64,000 nt of DNA from Selaginella moellendorffii (lineage: Eukaryota; Plantae; Lycopodiophyta), in the NCBI RefSeq assembly GCF_000143415.4, contig NW_003314304.1:814667-878666 (forward strand), in the 5' to 3' direction. The notes under the pieces were generated by a model. It did no database searches. It was not told where the DNA came from and saw nothing but the letters and a program-made list of their open reading frames with translations. Below are positions 36,291 through 48,496 of the stretch, one piece after another. A program made the translations under genes and the position numbers. Each line of letters opens with the position of its first letter. Within the stretch, counting starts at the first letter, position 1.

Positions 36291-36422
36291 TCGATCTTTG
36301 GCAGCGCTCAGAACAGCGGCATTAGGCATTTAAATACCCTGGTTAAGAGGTTACATATGCCGGTGGAGCAAACTTCACTCCCCAAAATTTACATTTATGT
36401 CTATGAACATTTCCTATCCCAG

Positions 36423-36983
36423 TTAACTACTTAATTTCCGTGAAATAATATACTCCTCCTCCACAACTTGTTCTCGCTGCTCTTGCTGCTCCAGCCCTGG
36501 GACAAGCGGAAGAGTCACCCGCAAGAGACCACTATGAAGCTGGTAGCTTATCCTCTCCGCGTCCACTGCATCGGGGAGCACAAACTCTCGCGCAAACATC
36601 TTGGTGAAGGCACCACGATCCCTGAGGATGCGACGCTCTTTCGCCTCGTGAGAGATCCCAACGATGGACACGACTCGATGGAATTGAGAGCCCGAGACCG
36701 CCACCTTGACATCGCTGCTGCTCGTCACGCCCGGCATCTCCAAAAGGATGAGATACGAGTTGGGGAGGCGGCGCACATCTGTGAGCGTGGCAGCTACAAC
36801 CGTGTCGGCTATGAAGCACTTGTGCGCGCTCATAGCGTGCTTGACCTCAACAGTGCCGTTCCCGCAGCCGCGCGCCTGGCGGAGAGAGCAGTAATCACGT
36901 CCGCATGCCTGCGTCACGACAAGCACCAAGAATACTATCGCCGCCCTCGCTGCCGCCCGTTTACCCATTGCCATCCCTTCCAT
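36423..36983 (-). CDS. Truncated single-ACD sHSP copy (open 186 aa ORF)
   Basis: Signal peptide and ACD1 up to VVEEEY, then a new tail IISRKLSS*. Confidence 0.6.
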   Translation of the reverse strand: MEGMAMGKRAAARAAIVFLVLVVTQACGRDYCSLRQARGCGNGTVEVKHAMSAHKCFIADTVVAATLTDVRRLPNSYLILLEMPGVTSSSDVKVAVSGSQFHRVVSIVGISHEAKERRILRDRGAFTKMFAREFVLPDAVDAERISYQLHSGLLRVTLPLVPGLEQQEQREQVVEEEYIISRKLSS

Positions 36984-38019
36984 AGAATTATATACAACAT
37001 AAGAAAAGGGAACGACGATTTAAGGAAATAAACACCTTTATCAGTGTTTTTTTCAGTTATTTTTTGTTTATTCTTTTTCTTTCTTAGGGCTATTCCAGTG
37101 TGAGCAGCTCACAGCTCATGTTCGTGACATAGTCGGTGAGAGTCGTCGCTCTCATACTCCATGCGATGGTCCCATAACACTAAGATCCAATCGAAGAGCC
37201 ACTTCACCTGCCCGGGGCCACACCTTCCGTACATCTGGACGAGCAGGTTGGCGAGGTATCGATTGGGCCAGTGGTCATTGCTTCGTACACGTTGGTCCCA
37301 TCGTCAAGGTCTGTACACGCCTGCCGTAACGTCAAACAAGTCAAATGGGAGATTTCAGGCAGGAGTTGTTATGCAATGTCACGATGGTTTTTTCTCTCGA
37401 GCATGCATTGCATAGCCTGTGATCATCGTGGGCTAGGAGATGTTCTTTGTGGGATTTGCATCAAAGAGATGCTAACTGGATCACACAGATACCATATAGT
37501 CTTATCTACTGCTTTTTTCCATCTAATTGCGACAAGAGGGAAGGGATCTAAGAAGGACAATGCCCGTGCTTTTGCACATATCTTTTGGGGAACGGAAATT
37601 AAAGTTATCTTTAGCTGGTATGGAATAAGAAACGAATTTGTTTGATCAATTGCTGAGTGAATTATGGTGCTATGGACATTGTATGCACAAGGAAGATTTT
37701 AAAGCACACCATTCCTTTCTTGTACCGCAGCACAGCCCAAGTCCACGTTTCCAATGGCAACAGAAAACACGTGTGGGCTGTACGAATATTCCACATTTCA
37801 AATGCGCCTCCCCTTTATTCTCTACTAAACTGGGCATTAGATGCTGCATCAGTCAACATCGATTCCAAAACTTGGGTTCCCAATCTGGATCAAACACAGA
37901 AAAGACGCAAAGCAGTCAAAGCAGTCAAAGCAGACGCAATTGATTGAAGGAAACTGGAACTAGATCGAACAAAGGAAAGACGTTAAGAACTCGAGGACTC
38001 GGGAAAAAGAAAAAGACAA

Positions 38020-38130
38020 TCGAGTTGTCTCTTGTGATTGTCATGTCTGGAATGTTATCATATCATACTGCTTTGAGCTCACGTCAGGGTCCTGTGTGTG
38101 CTGTGGCACCAATGAGAAGTACGAACATAA
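38020..38130 (-). pseudogene. Second AXS fragment
   Basis: Matches 1652-1820 ('gtcatgtctggaatg', 'gagctcacgtc', 'tgtggcaccaatgagaagta') with deletions. Confidence 0.75.
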
Positions 38131-38152
38131 GGATTGCTGGCCCGATAACTTA

Positions 38153-38212
38153 TCTTCCCGTGTTCCCGCTGTTCTTCCCGTGTTCCCGCTGTTCTTCCCG
38201 TGTTCCCGCTGT
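38153..38212. repeat. 20-bp minisatellite x3
   Basis: (tcttcccgtgttcccgctgt)3, perfect. Confidence 0.95.
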
Positions 38213-39964
38213 GCTTCTCGAGCGTGATCCTCACTCCAGGCTACTATCCTGGGCGGAAAGAACTGCTTTTGCTTCAGTCGCGCTGCCGATCAATCCATCG
38301 GAAATGCGCATCCTCACCACCACATGGTGTTGCTGCCTGGATGCAAGGGGACAATGCTGAAGTTTGCAAGGGGACTGGAAGGCGCATCGTGCAAAGATAA
38401 AGAAGCCGATCACCAATTCCTCTTATAGCGATCAAGAGCGTCAGGGGGCTCCCAGAGGTGGCGACGCATTCTCTCTCTTGTCAGGCTCACGGCAACTTTG
38501 GCATCTGGCCAGATAAAAGTGTGATCTTAAGTCAGTTCTTCTTCATTCTTTCTCTGTTCTTTAGATGGGCTTCGCTACCACCAGAGGTCTTCGGATTGTC
38601 CAGGTAAGCGAGTGTCCGAGAAAGAAATTTTTGTTTCTATATAATCGGCTTTTACCTTTCGTGTGTGTTCTTGTGTTTGTCGTCCCGGCAGTGGCTTTCA
38701 AGGACGTGAGCGATGCACTTGCCGTCCCAAAGGGCTGCACTTCATGTTCCAGGAGTAATTGATCTTTGCTCGGATTTCCTTGTGAGGATGGATCCCGTGT
38801 TCTACAAATCCCGTGGATCCAAGGCATGTGTGTTCTTTAAGCGCGTGAAAAAAACTGCCTGATTAGAAAAAGTATGGTCTAATTAGTGTTGGAAGAGCGC
38901 CATCGATACCATTTTTCTAATCATATCGAGCATGGTTTTCATGCTCTTGGTGATGGTGAAGTCTTTTTTAGTTTAGGAAATGGATCTGGCCAGAAATAAC
39001 AAGAGTTCCAACTATCAATCACTTAATAGTATTTAACTATATATGATAAAAAGAGTATTCATATCCACTTTCAATATTTTGAAATCAAATAAATATGGCA
39101 ATGAATATGTAGTTGTGCATGAGAGTATTATATATTTACACATGTACGAATATATATTTTTGTTTTAAGTTATATGCAAAATATTATGCACACAATTAAC
39201 ACGTAACTCTAGTTTTTTTTAAAAATCATACTTCTATCATTGAGTGTAAATTTTTTATCTTTTAATTATGACAATCTCTCTCCTCTTCTACAGCACAGAT
39301 TCTAGCACAATCTATTGAATCTTTCTACATTAGAGCATGTTGCAATTGAAATATGCATTCAATAGTCTGGGCGATTTTATATAAAATGCTGAGAATACCA
39401 GTTGAGTGAAGCATTTAATCTTGTGTGATATGGGGCATCCTTGATTGGTCTTTTCTTGTTTGTAGCAAAGAATCTCCATTGCAAGAGAGGCTAATGGTTG
39501 ATTAGGTTTTACATCAAGCTTTGCAGCAGCATCAGTAGTAAAATCTATAAGCTATGGAAGAGGTGTGAAAAAAAAGTGGTGAAGAAAGTTCAAATGGTTT
39601 AAAGTGAATATTAGCCATCAATTTGGCAAGCACACTTATTATTTCTTATTTTTCCTATTTATAATTACTAATTTCATTTTCTTGGTTTTTTTTTGTATCT
39701 CTCGACATCTCTTATGTCTCTGGCTAGCAAAACGTTTTTGGTGGGTGTTGAGAACAATCATCGATAAAAAACAAACTGGATATATGCCAAACAAATGTCA
39801 CAAAAAGTTAAATTGCTTTCTCTAATAAAATTCATTTAAAAAACTGTACTTCCTAGGACTTAATATTACTTAATCTCAAAAAAGCTTAATTAACTTTGCC
39901 ATTTTGATGAACAACTTAAATTCACAAAAATGACTTTTTTTGGAAGAAATTCTTAAAAAAAATT

Positions 39965-41936
39965 CTAAACAACAGCATGCCAAGTTCTTGATGAGCGGCA
40001 CATACACTCAGGTACAGGGTAACCGAGCACATCCCTAGTTGGTTTCTCCATTCTAAGCTGGGGTCTTCCATTGGCCTCAGAGTGGAGCCTCTTGATCTCA
40101 TCATTTATCTCTTCCTCGCGCATGGAGCTTGAATTGAGAAACAGCTGGATCAAATCTCTCTTTTGTGGCGTGATGTACTTGCGATGACCAACGTATGCTC
40201 GATGACCCTGGCAGTCAAGAGAAATTTTGTGAGATCATGTTTTTGAGGAACTTTGGAGAGAACTAAAACCTTGTTTTTGCTTACCCGGAGAGCGTGGCCC
40301 ATGTTTCCACCATGGGAGGGGATGAAGACATCACTGTTGAGGGTGATGATATAATCAATCGCGGCCAAGCTCGAAGCTTTTTCCCTGAATGGCTCCATCT
40401 CCCATGGCTCAGCAATGGAGAATTTGTCGTAGAGAAGCGGGAACTCTGCCCTCAGTGGCTCCAGCGATTTAGATCCTCCAAATGCCTCTCCTCCAGCCCA
40501 GAATACCCGAGTCCTTGAATTCGCCCCCAGTGCTCTCAATGTCCTGCCATCGCAATTGATCGATCAATCGAAATCGTACTTTTCCTATTACCTTGCGATC
40601 TCATGCGCAGTGAGGGGACAGAGTCCCTGCTTACGTCGCTCCTCGAAAGTCATGTTGGATCGCGAGGTGAGCAATTGGGGGCTTTTGATCCTGGCGATCC
40701 GGATTTCTTCGTCCAATTCCGCGCTCAATCCCGGCAGGCATCCAGTTCTCACCCACACATCCTTCTCCAGCCTCAAATGGAGCGCCACGAAAGGCCCTTC
40801 TTCCCACATCCTCCTCGCGAGCTTCTCCCCGAGAGCTTGCAGCGACGGCGCGAATCTCAGCGCATGGAATGCCGCCTAAAAGGTTTCAAATTTAAAGCTC
40901 CCGCCAGAATTCTCGTTTCTAGGGTTAGGGCTCTTACCTTGCATTTGAGCTTCTGGAGGTCGGACGGGAGATCATGGGAAAGGCGCGAGTCCATTCCGCG
41001 TAGCAGCAGCACGCCGTCGCGGCGGAGCTGGAAAATGTCGATCGGTAAACATCCAAGCATCGATTTCTTGGCTTGAATTTGGCCTACCTTTCGGGTGTAG
41101 TGCGATTTAATCCAGTCAGGGCTTGCGTGTAGCGGCATATTGCTCTCCACCGCTGGCCTCGCCACGACGTGCGTCGATGGGAGCGACGAGACGATCCTGA
41201 TGTCGTCTCTCAAGATCCTCTTGAAGTGCTCCACATCGAAAATCTCCGAGAATTCGCTGCGATGGAAAAGCTCCTTTGGTGGGAAATTTTGTCAAAGATT
41301 TTTTGCTAGCGCCTACCTCTCATCGCCCCAAATCTGGTTGACTTGCAGCACTGGAATCACAAGCGCGGCCTCGAGAATCCTGGCGATGAGCACGGCGTCG
41401 ACGATCTGGTTCCTCTGTTGATTCAATCCTCCGTTCACGACCACCATGAGATACTTCCTCCTCTGCCGGATGATCGCGCTAGATGCCTGAGCATATTCCT
41501 TGCTGATCTCCAGGCACGGTCGGTACCCGAGATCGTTGGGCTGCTTCCAAAACTCCCTCTCCGAATCGCTCAAGTTCTTGGGCAATTCGTGCGGCTTGAG
41601 AGGGAGGATCATCAGCGGCAATTGCTGCTGAGGCCGCCGGTGGCTCGCGGGATCGAGGTTGAGGTTCTCCGTGATCAATCGCCGGTGAATTCCATAGATG
41701 GTTCTTACCGTTTGACATGGATTTTTGAGGAGGTTTCCCGGATGCCAGATGACGACCGACTTGATCATGGTCAAGAGCGTGAAGCTGACGATGAGGAAGA
41801 GCCACAGCGTGGTGCTTTGAATCCTTCTCCACAACCGGGAGTTCCTGCTGTGCCGAATTGCCGCAGCTTTGAGCTTCTTCGGGGAGGTGATGAATTCATC
41901 CACCTGTGGAGCGGCGATTGAGATCAGACTTGGCAT
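39965..41936 (-). CDS. O-fucosyltransferase family (GT106) protein
   Basis: Type II TM segment, FWKQP..YRPCL, VVNGGLNQQRNQIVDAV, FVALHLRLEKDVWVRTGC, GLCPLT, LAAIDY..SDVFIPSHGGNM, YPVPECMC. Confidence 0.93.
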
Positions 41937-43371
41937 GGTGAGCGAGACAAATTCCTCTCCTCTTTCGATTTTCCTGCTCTCTTTTCCTCCTTTTCAGATC
42001 ATCCAGCTTTTGAAAAGCTCCTCATTCTTTTCGTCCTGTTCCAGATTTTTGGGCGTCAAAAGGAAAGCCACAGCTTTGCAGAGCAGCCGAAAGAGTGCTC
42101 GAGACGAAACACGGCGCGAATTCCGCGTCCCTGGCGAGTTTTGAATGCTGGATCCTTTGGTGGGCGATCTGGAATGCGGGATCGAAGCTCGAATTCCAGC
42201 GAATTCCCCAAGAACAAGGAGAAGAGAAGGAGAAGGAGAAGCTAGCTTGGATTTCCAAGGCACTCACTCTTCTACTCGCTCACCATCATTCCTCTCAGGT
42301 CAGCTAGCGCCTTCCTTCCATCGCAATTCTTCCTCCTTTCCTTCTAATTACTACTCCCCTGTACCAGTGACGACTACTACTACCGCCTCCACCAACAGGC
42401 GCAATCGCGAGCGAGAAATCTTCAAACTTGTGATGGTGTGGATGGGCGATGGCGTCGCGATCGCGTGGATCGTCGCTTGGGCCCAATTGGCCAACCTCCA
42501 GAAGGGATCTCTCCTCCCAATTCATCGCGTTTTTCTAATCCTCCCTTCCTCCTCCCTCCCCCTCTGCTCATGCCCATGTCCATTTCGCTGGCCATTCCAC
42601 GCCGGAATGTCCAGCGTCTCCGCGTAAAACCTCTCCTTTTCCCCCATTTCCCGCCGGACGGAATGTTCGTCTGCTGACACCCCAGTGTGACGGAATGTCC
42701 GCCGCCGGACCTTTACCACTTTTACCGCCGGGTAACACAAACGGCCAAACGTGGGCTGACACTTAAACCACCGGGTAAACGACGCTACCCAGGACGTCAT
42801 GACAGGCGGAACGTCCACATTGGTGACGTGCACCCCAAATGGGCCAGTTCTCCCAACTCCACCACCGGCAAAAAAAAAGTTTAGGGCTCTTGGTGAGATC
42901 TCACACTCAGCAGCTGGTATGGTGTGCCCTAGACACCTAGAAACACACTTGCCTTTGCTATGCTCGCCAACTTTCTAGAAGAGGGCCAAGCCAAACAGTA
43001 GTTCGCGGAATCTATTATTTGAGATCATTCCATGCCTTTTGATTTGGGGCATTTTGGTTGGCGCGGTGGTTTTGGGGTTTAAAATTCAATCATGGAGCCA
43101 CATCACCAACCATAGCTGCCAATGCAATCACGTATATGACAGATTGGCACTGGGTGGCATGGAGGCACGAAGGGTTGGCCTGTAGCTCCACGACAAGGTT
43201 AAAAAAATGGAAGGTACGTTCTCTTCTCGATTGTCAAGGTATCGATGGTGACGACGTAGCCGAATCCAGAGAAGACTCTCTCGTGACCGTTGATTTTAAA
43301 ACCCTAGTTAGGGCACAGATGGAGCTCGAATTTTAGGGTTTAAGCAAGATGGAGAGGTAAGCGCGACCGCG

Positions 43372-45099
43372 ATGGCGCTGCGATTGCTCTCTAGGGCTCT
43401 GTCCGGCGCCTCCAGGGTGAGGATCCACAATGCCGGGTGGATCTCTAGGGCGGGGATGTGTTCCTTGGCCAGCGATGGCGGCATGGAGGAGCGGCTGCGA
43501 GCTGTGGTGGACGGGCTCGGAAGTTTTCTCCACTCGGAGAGGAAAATGCCGGCGGAGGTAGCGCAGGCGATCGCGGGCAATGCGTCGACTTTCGTGAGAC
43601 AGGTGTTGGATTCCTTCGAGAGAGCGCATGGGCAGAATTCCAGCGCTGAGATTATAGCGGAGAAGATCCAGGGCCACCTCGCGAAGATGAGAGTCGACAA
43701 AGTCTTGCTCTTCTACGAGAGCATTGGGATGGAGTTGCCGGGAGATGGTGATCCGGAGAAGATGGCCGTGATGAGGACTAGATACCAGCACGTCGTCGCT
43801 GTGACGGCGTTCTTGGAAGAGCTCAAGGTGGAGAGAAAGACCGTGGGAAATCTTCTCGAGAAGAACAAGTTCTTGTTCGAGGCAAACACGTCGGAGGTTT
43901 TCAATCTCTTCCAGTACTTGCATACAAACGGTGTGGTGGCCGAGGGACTCCAGGTGCTGTGCTCGCGCTATCCCGGGATTTTCACGCCATCCATCAAGGA
44001 CGACTGGGAGCCATTCTTGCAAGTTTTACGTGACTTTGAGATCCAGGAGCCCGCGATGAGACGACTCATCAAGCATTTTGGTTTTTTGCTACTGGAGCTT
44101 CCGAAGATCGACTACATCACGACGCTGGATTATCTCCAGCTGGATCTGAATCTGGAGAAGCCTGAGATCTCGAGAATTCTCAAGAGCCACCCGGAGGCTT
44201 TACTTCTCGACTTCAACAAAACGATGAAGTCCAAGGTCAAGTTTTTGAGGAGCCACAAGGTCCACCCGGCGGATATAGCTCGTATCTTTGCACGGTGTCC
44301 GAGCATCGTCGGCTACAGCGTTGACAGCCTCTCCGAGAAGATCGGCTATCTCCAAGGACTGGGACTGAGACCGTGGAACGTGAGGCAGATATTGGTTGCT
44401 TTCCCGGCTATTCTGGCGCACAGCGTTGAGAACAAGATGAAGCCCACGGTGGCGTTTCTGGAAGAGGCCGGGATCACGGGAGAGAAACTCTCGAAGCTGA
44501 TTGTCAAAAGGCCGGCCATCTTCGCGATTGACAACAAGGAGAAGCTTCCGAGGCTGTTGAAAAATATAGCGTACCTGGGGCCGGATGGAATGGTGCTGGC
44601 TTTGTGCTGGGGTGTCGCGGAAGGCATCAGGCACATGAAATCGCGCCTCAAGTACCTGCAAAGCCTGGGATTTAGTGGCGAGGATTTGGTAAAGATGATA
44701 TCCAGGGACCCGCGGATCCTGAAGATAAGCAAGGATGGACTGGAGACCAAAGTGAAGTATCTTACGGAGGTAATGGGATTATCACCGCAGGCGCTGCTGG
44801 GAAACCCGACTTTCCTCTACAGCCACTTTGAGCGGAGGATAAAACTCCGTTACGAGGTTCTCAAGCTGCTCCACGACAGAGGCGAGCTCTCGCGCGAGCC
44901 GCAGCTTTCGCAGATGCTGTACATGGACAACAAGGAGTTTATGGCGCGCTACGTGAATCCATATCGGCCCTGCGTGACTTTGGCGAAGAAGCACTATCGG
45001 ATGTTCCAGAGGAAACCAGACGGCGACCACCTGTTCATGATGAAGTACCTTGACGAGCAAAAGGAGTCGCCGCTGCCGGAGGGCACCTCGAGACCGTGA
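43372..45099 (+). CDS. mTERF family protein
   Basis: Intronless 575 aa with an organelle presequence and repeats such as RCPSIVGYSVDSLSEKIGYLQGLGL, FPAILAHSVENKMKPTVAFL and PTFLYSHFERRIKLRY. Confidence 0.92.
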   Translation: MALRLLSRALSGASRVRIHNAGWISRAGMCSLASDGGMEERLRAVVDGLGSFLHSERKMPAEVAQAIAGNASTFVRQVLDSFERAHGQNSSAEIIAEKIQGHLAKMRVDKVLLFYESIGMELPGDGDPEKMAVMRTRYQHVVAVTAFLEELKVERKTVGNLLEKNKFLFEANTSEVFNLFQYLHTNGVVAEGLQVLCSRYPGIFTPSIKDDWEPFLQVLRDFEIQEPAMRRLIKHFGFLLLELPKIDYITTLDYLQLDLNLEKPEISRILKSHPEALLLDFNKTMKSKVKFLRSHKVHPADIARIFARCPSIVGYSVDSLSEKIGYLQGLGLRPWNVRQILVAFPAILAHSVENKMKPTVAFLEEAGITGEKLSKLIVKRPAIFAIDNKEKLPRLLKNIAYLGPDGMVLALCWGVAEGIRHMKSRLKYLQSLGFSGEDLVKMISRDPRILKISKDGLETKVKYLTEVMGLSPQALLGNPTFLYSHFERRIKLRYEVLKLLHDRGELSREPQLSQMLYMDNKEFMARYVNPYRPCVTLAKKHYRMFQRKPDGDHLFMMKYLDEQKESPLPEGTSRP

Positions 45100-46469
45100 C
45101 AAGCGGAACAAAACGCAGACGACCGGGTTTAAAGCAGTGTAAGCAGTCACAGGTACGATCTGCTTAGATTTGTGAGATGATCCATACTGAGGCTTGTACG
45201 TAACTGGCGCTGCAGGATTGACGCAATATGCTAGCTTTACAGCAGCACCACTAAAGCAGTGGAAAACTCCACTAGGGAGTAGAAGCTGTGTTGTTGGATG
45301 CCCAAGGAACCAGACGTCTTCATCATGCAGGTGATGATGCTGAGCACCGAGTGGGGACAGGTTCTTGCCAAAAGCTGTAGTTTTCATAGAATGCCACTGA
45401 ACGGTAAAAGAAAAAAGGGAGAAGCAAAAACGCAAAGCTGTCTCGAGGTTTGCAGTCGTTTTCCATTCTTTTTTTAAAAAAATTTGTGGTGTGTTTTTCT
45501 TTTCGTTTTTTTTTTTTCTTCTTCTATGCAGCGACGAGGAGCACGCACATTCAAGAGATTTGGACAGTGGCATCGGGTAGTAGTAGAATTGCTGGAAAAT
45601 GCTGTGATCAATGTCTTTCTGCTGAGCAGCCATTGTTTGTGGCTGGTATGTGTGTCAGGGGAAAGAAAGAGGATGGCATTTACAACAGGCTTTCGACTGG
45701 GGTTCGCTGCTGCGACTGAGCCACTGCTGCTGCTACTGCTGCCGCTGCTAAGTTTTCGAAATAAAGCCAAGTAAGTACCAGCGTGATATTGAGATGGCTC
45801 TGGAGCTCCTCTCCTCTCCGTTGCTAATCCAAAAAAATATAGTTTTGCTGATTTGCTTTCCGGTGGCCGCTGTGACCAACGCGATACTGTAGCTGGAGAT
45901 GACACAAAGACGTCCTCCTGGTTCGTGTTTTTATAGTTTTTTATTCTCTTATCATCCTTGTTGTGTGTGTTTTATTATCTTTTTCTCCCTGTGGGCATGT
46001 AGCTGGGCCTTGGACAGACTGCGAGAACTAGGAAGTGGGCTGTTCCAACTCCTTATTTTATCATCGCGAGACAGGAAAGCATAGTCTATTCATTTCCATT
46101 CCGGCTAATATTCCTCCACATCTGGCTCCAGGAGAAGTTTGTTCCGTCGACTTTCTTTCCCCGGCTTGGGTTTCAGGTATGTAGCAACCGATTTTACTGT
46201 GGAAGTTCCCCCTCTCCAGTACTGATCGTTGCCTCGTTTGCTTGAATCTGTAACTAGGTGCTGTCGAGTGGAACGCAAGATACACTTGGTCCTCCACCAA
46301 CACGCTTGTGGTGTGATCTTCCCTGTCATGCATGCGGTTTGCATTGACAGCCCCCGAGCGTTTGCTTTCAAAGCCAGCCGGGAAAACAAACAAGAGCTGG
46401 ATTCGACTGGGAGGTATTCTTGTCAACGTCTTACCTGTGTAGAGTAGCTAACAAAGTTGTGGCAGGGAA

Positions 46470-46473
<4 letters not shown>

Positions 46474-46507
<34 letters not shown>
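46474..46507. repeat. (GA)n microsatellite; similar runs at ~49508-49549 and ~55323-55360
   Basis: Direct inspection. Confidence 0.95.
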
Positions 46508-46511
<4 letters not shown>

Positions 46512-46732
46512 AAAAAATCGATTTTGATCGCGGAGGTTTGATTTGTGTACCAATGTTAAGCTCAATCTAATCTTTGCACTGCGTTTGATCGACGAATCGC
46601 GAGTGGGGTCGTCCGTGGAAGAAAACGACGCTTTGGAGATAGGATTCGTCCTTTGGCCACGAATATACCGCCGGGTCATACACGTAGCGGGGTTGCGACC
46701 GTTGATGGCAAGACCATCACATGGACCGGGCA

Positions 46733-46796
46733 GCCACGTGGCGCGTACCGGGTGGCGAATGGATGCGTGACGCGTGTCGTTGTGGATCCACGTGTC
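46733..46796. promoter_or_regulatory. G-box/ABRE + CE3 cluster
   Basis: GCCACGTGGC (46733), ACGCGTGTC (46770) and CACGTGTC (46789), ~450 nt upstream of the ATG at 47241. Confidence 0.5.
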
Positions 46797-47240
46797 AATG
46801 ACATTTCTTTGCCCCTCTTTTTACTACTTTGGTTTTAACTCCCAGTGTGTGGGTGTGTGTGTTTGTTTTTGCCCTCGCCCTTTGCCATCTTCTTTCTTTC
46901 TTTGCCGGGGCGCGCACGCCAGCGGCCGCGTCGTCAAGATCCTCGCCTTCTTGCCACGATCTCGCGCTCCATTCCATCGATTCATCCAGCGATCCCTCGA
47001 ATTGGCTGCTTGGTTCTCTGCAGATCCGCGGAATTTGGCAGCGGGCTCGCGGTCGCCGCGGGAACCATCGGCCATAGCTGGGAGAGCAGCTCCTCCTCTC
47101 CCGGCGAGGAGCGAAGAATCGCGAGTGAGAGGAGGTCACTGCAGTCACAGGGAGGGTAATATCGATTGATCGATAGATCGATATTTCGCGCAGATTCACG
47201 GCGGCGAGGGCTAGATCGCAGCGTGCAAGAGCTCCGCGCC

Positions 47241-48337
47241 ATGGTGGCTGGGGCGATGAGCCTCGCCCCAAATGCCAAGAACAGGTTGAATCAATCGGCG
47301 AGTATAAGCAGCCTGGGCGAGGGAGAAGCAAAGAGGCGCGATCCCTGTCGTGGTCATGGCAGGAAGGATAGCTTTGGCGCCAGCGACGATCGCCATTCTC
47401 GCGATCTAGAAGAGCAAGAACAAGAATGCTGCATGTGTGGCGATGTCGGTTTCTCCAGCGAGCTCTTCCGCTGTAGGAAATGCGTCTACCGATTCCAGCA
47501 CACGTATGGGTTTGATTCATTCTCATTCTTCTTGCGTGAGAATTGTTCTTCCTCCAATTGTTTCTTGGTTCTTCTTCCATTCTTGAGTGATAGATTCCTT
47601 GTGCGTGAATTTTTCCTCTTGTGACTAGTGTATTGACGCGGTCTTCTTGTTGGTCTTCTTTACCGATTACCAGGTACTGCAGCCGATTCTATCCAGGCAG
47701 TCCCAGCCAAGATATCTGCGATTGGTGCTCTCAGGATCCAAATCCCTCCACTGGCAGTAGCAGCGCTGGTACCTCGAGCACCAAATTGAGAGGAGTGCTA
47801 AAACTCGGTGGCAGCAGCGTTATCGGTGGTGGTGGCGGCGCTAGCAAAAGGAAGGTTGCCGGCCAGCTTATAGGTGAATCGTTGAGTCCAGTAACAGGAG
47901 CTACGAATTGGCCCAGGAAGGATGAAAGCGATCGTGATACCAGAACCAAGCTCCAAGGCAGCAATGACACTGGCAAGAAGCGCGACGAGAATGCGATGAT
48001 AAGAAACTCCACTGGCGCTGGCAGCCCCAGGAGCTCGATCAAGCATGGCCACAAGGATGCGCTGGAGCTGCTGCTCGAGGTGGCCCAGACAGTGGCGGCA
48101 GATAATGGAGCCATGGATCAGACGATCATGGGTGGGGATGCCATCAAGAATCCACTTGCGAGGCAGTGCTCCATCGATCGCCCGTCCAGCTCCGGGCGGC
48201 TCCAAGTTGCAGTAACGACGAGCTCGAGCTCTCCCTCGCCCAAGAGGCAAAAGATAGCCACCACTACGCCTGTGCAAGCTGGTATAAGAGGCGATCATCA
48301 TCACCCTCATCATTATCATGACAATGATCATCATCAC

Positions 48338-48369
<32 letters not shown>

Positions 48370-48496
48370 TCATCATGGCTTCAAGAATCTGATCAAAGGT
48401 CACCATGGCGGCCTGAGAAAAGATAAGCTGCAGCACTTGAGCAGTAACAGGAGCATTGGCAGGCGATACAAGCTACTGTCTGATGTTATGTGCTAG
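47241..48496 (+). CDS. Plant-specific Cys/His zinc-binding (PHD-like) protein
   Basis: ECCMCGDVGFSSELFRCRKCVYRFQHT|YCSRFYP..ICDWC with intron 47504-47673; conserved C-terminus RRYKLLSDV. Confidence 0.85.

Noticed and set aside
44782-45633. 283 aa minus-strand ORF
   Set aside because: Partly the antisense shadow of mTERF and runs through a poly-A/T tract; no recognisable domain.
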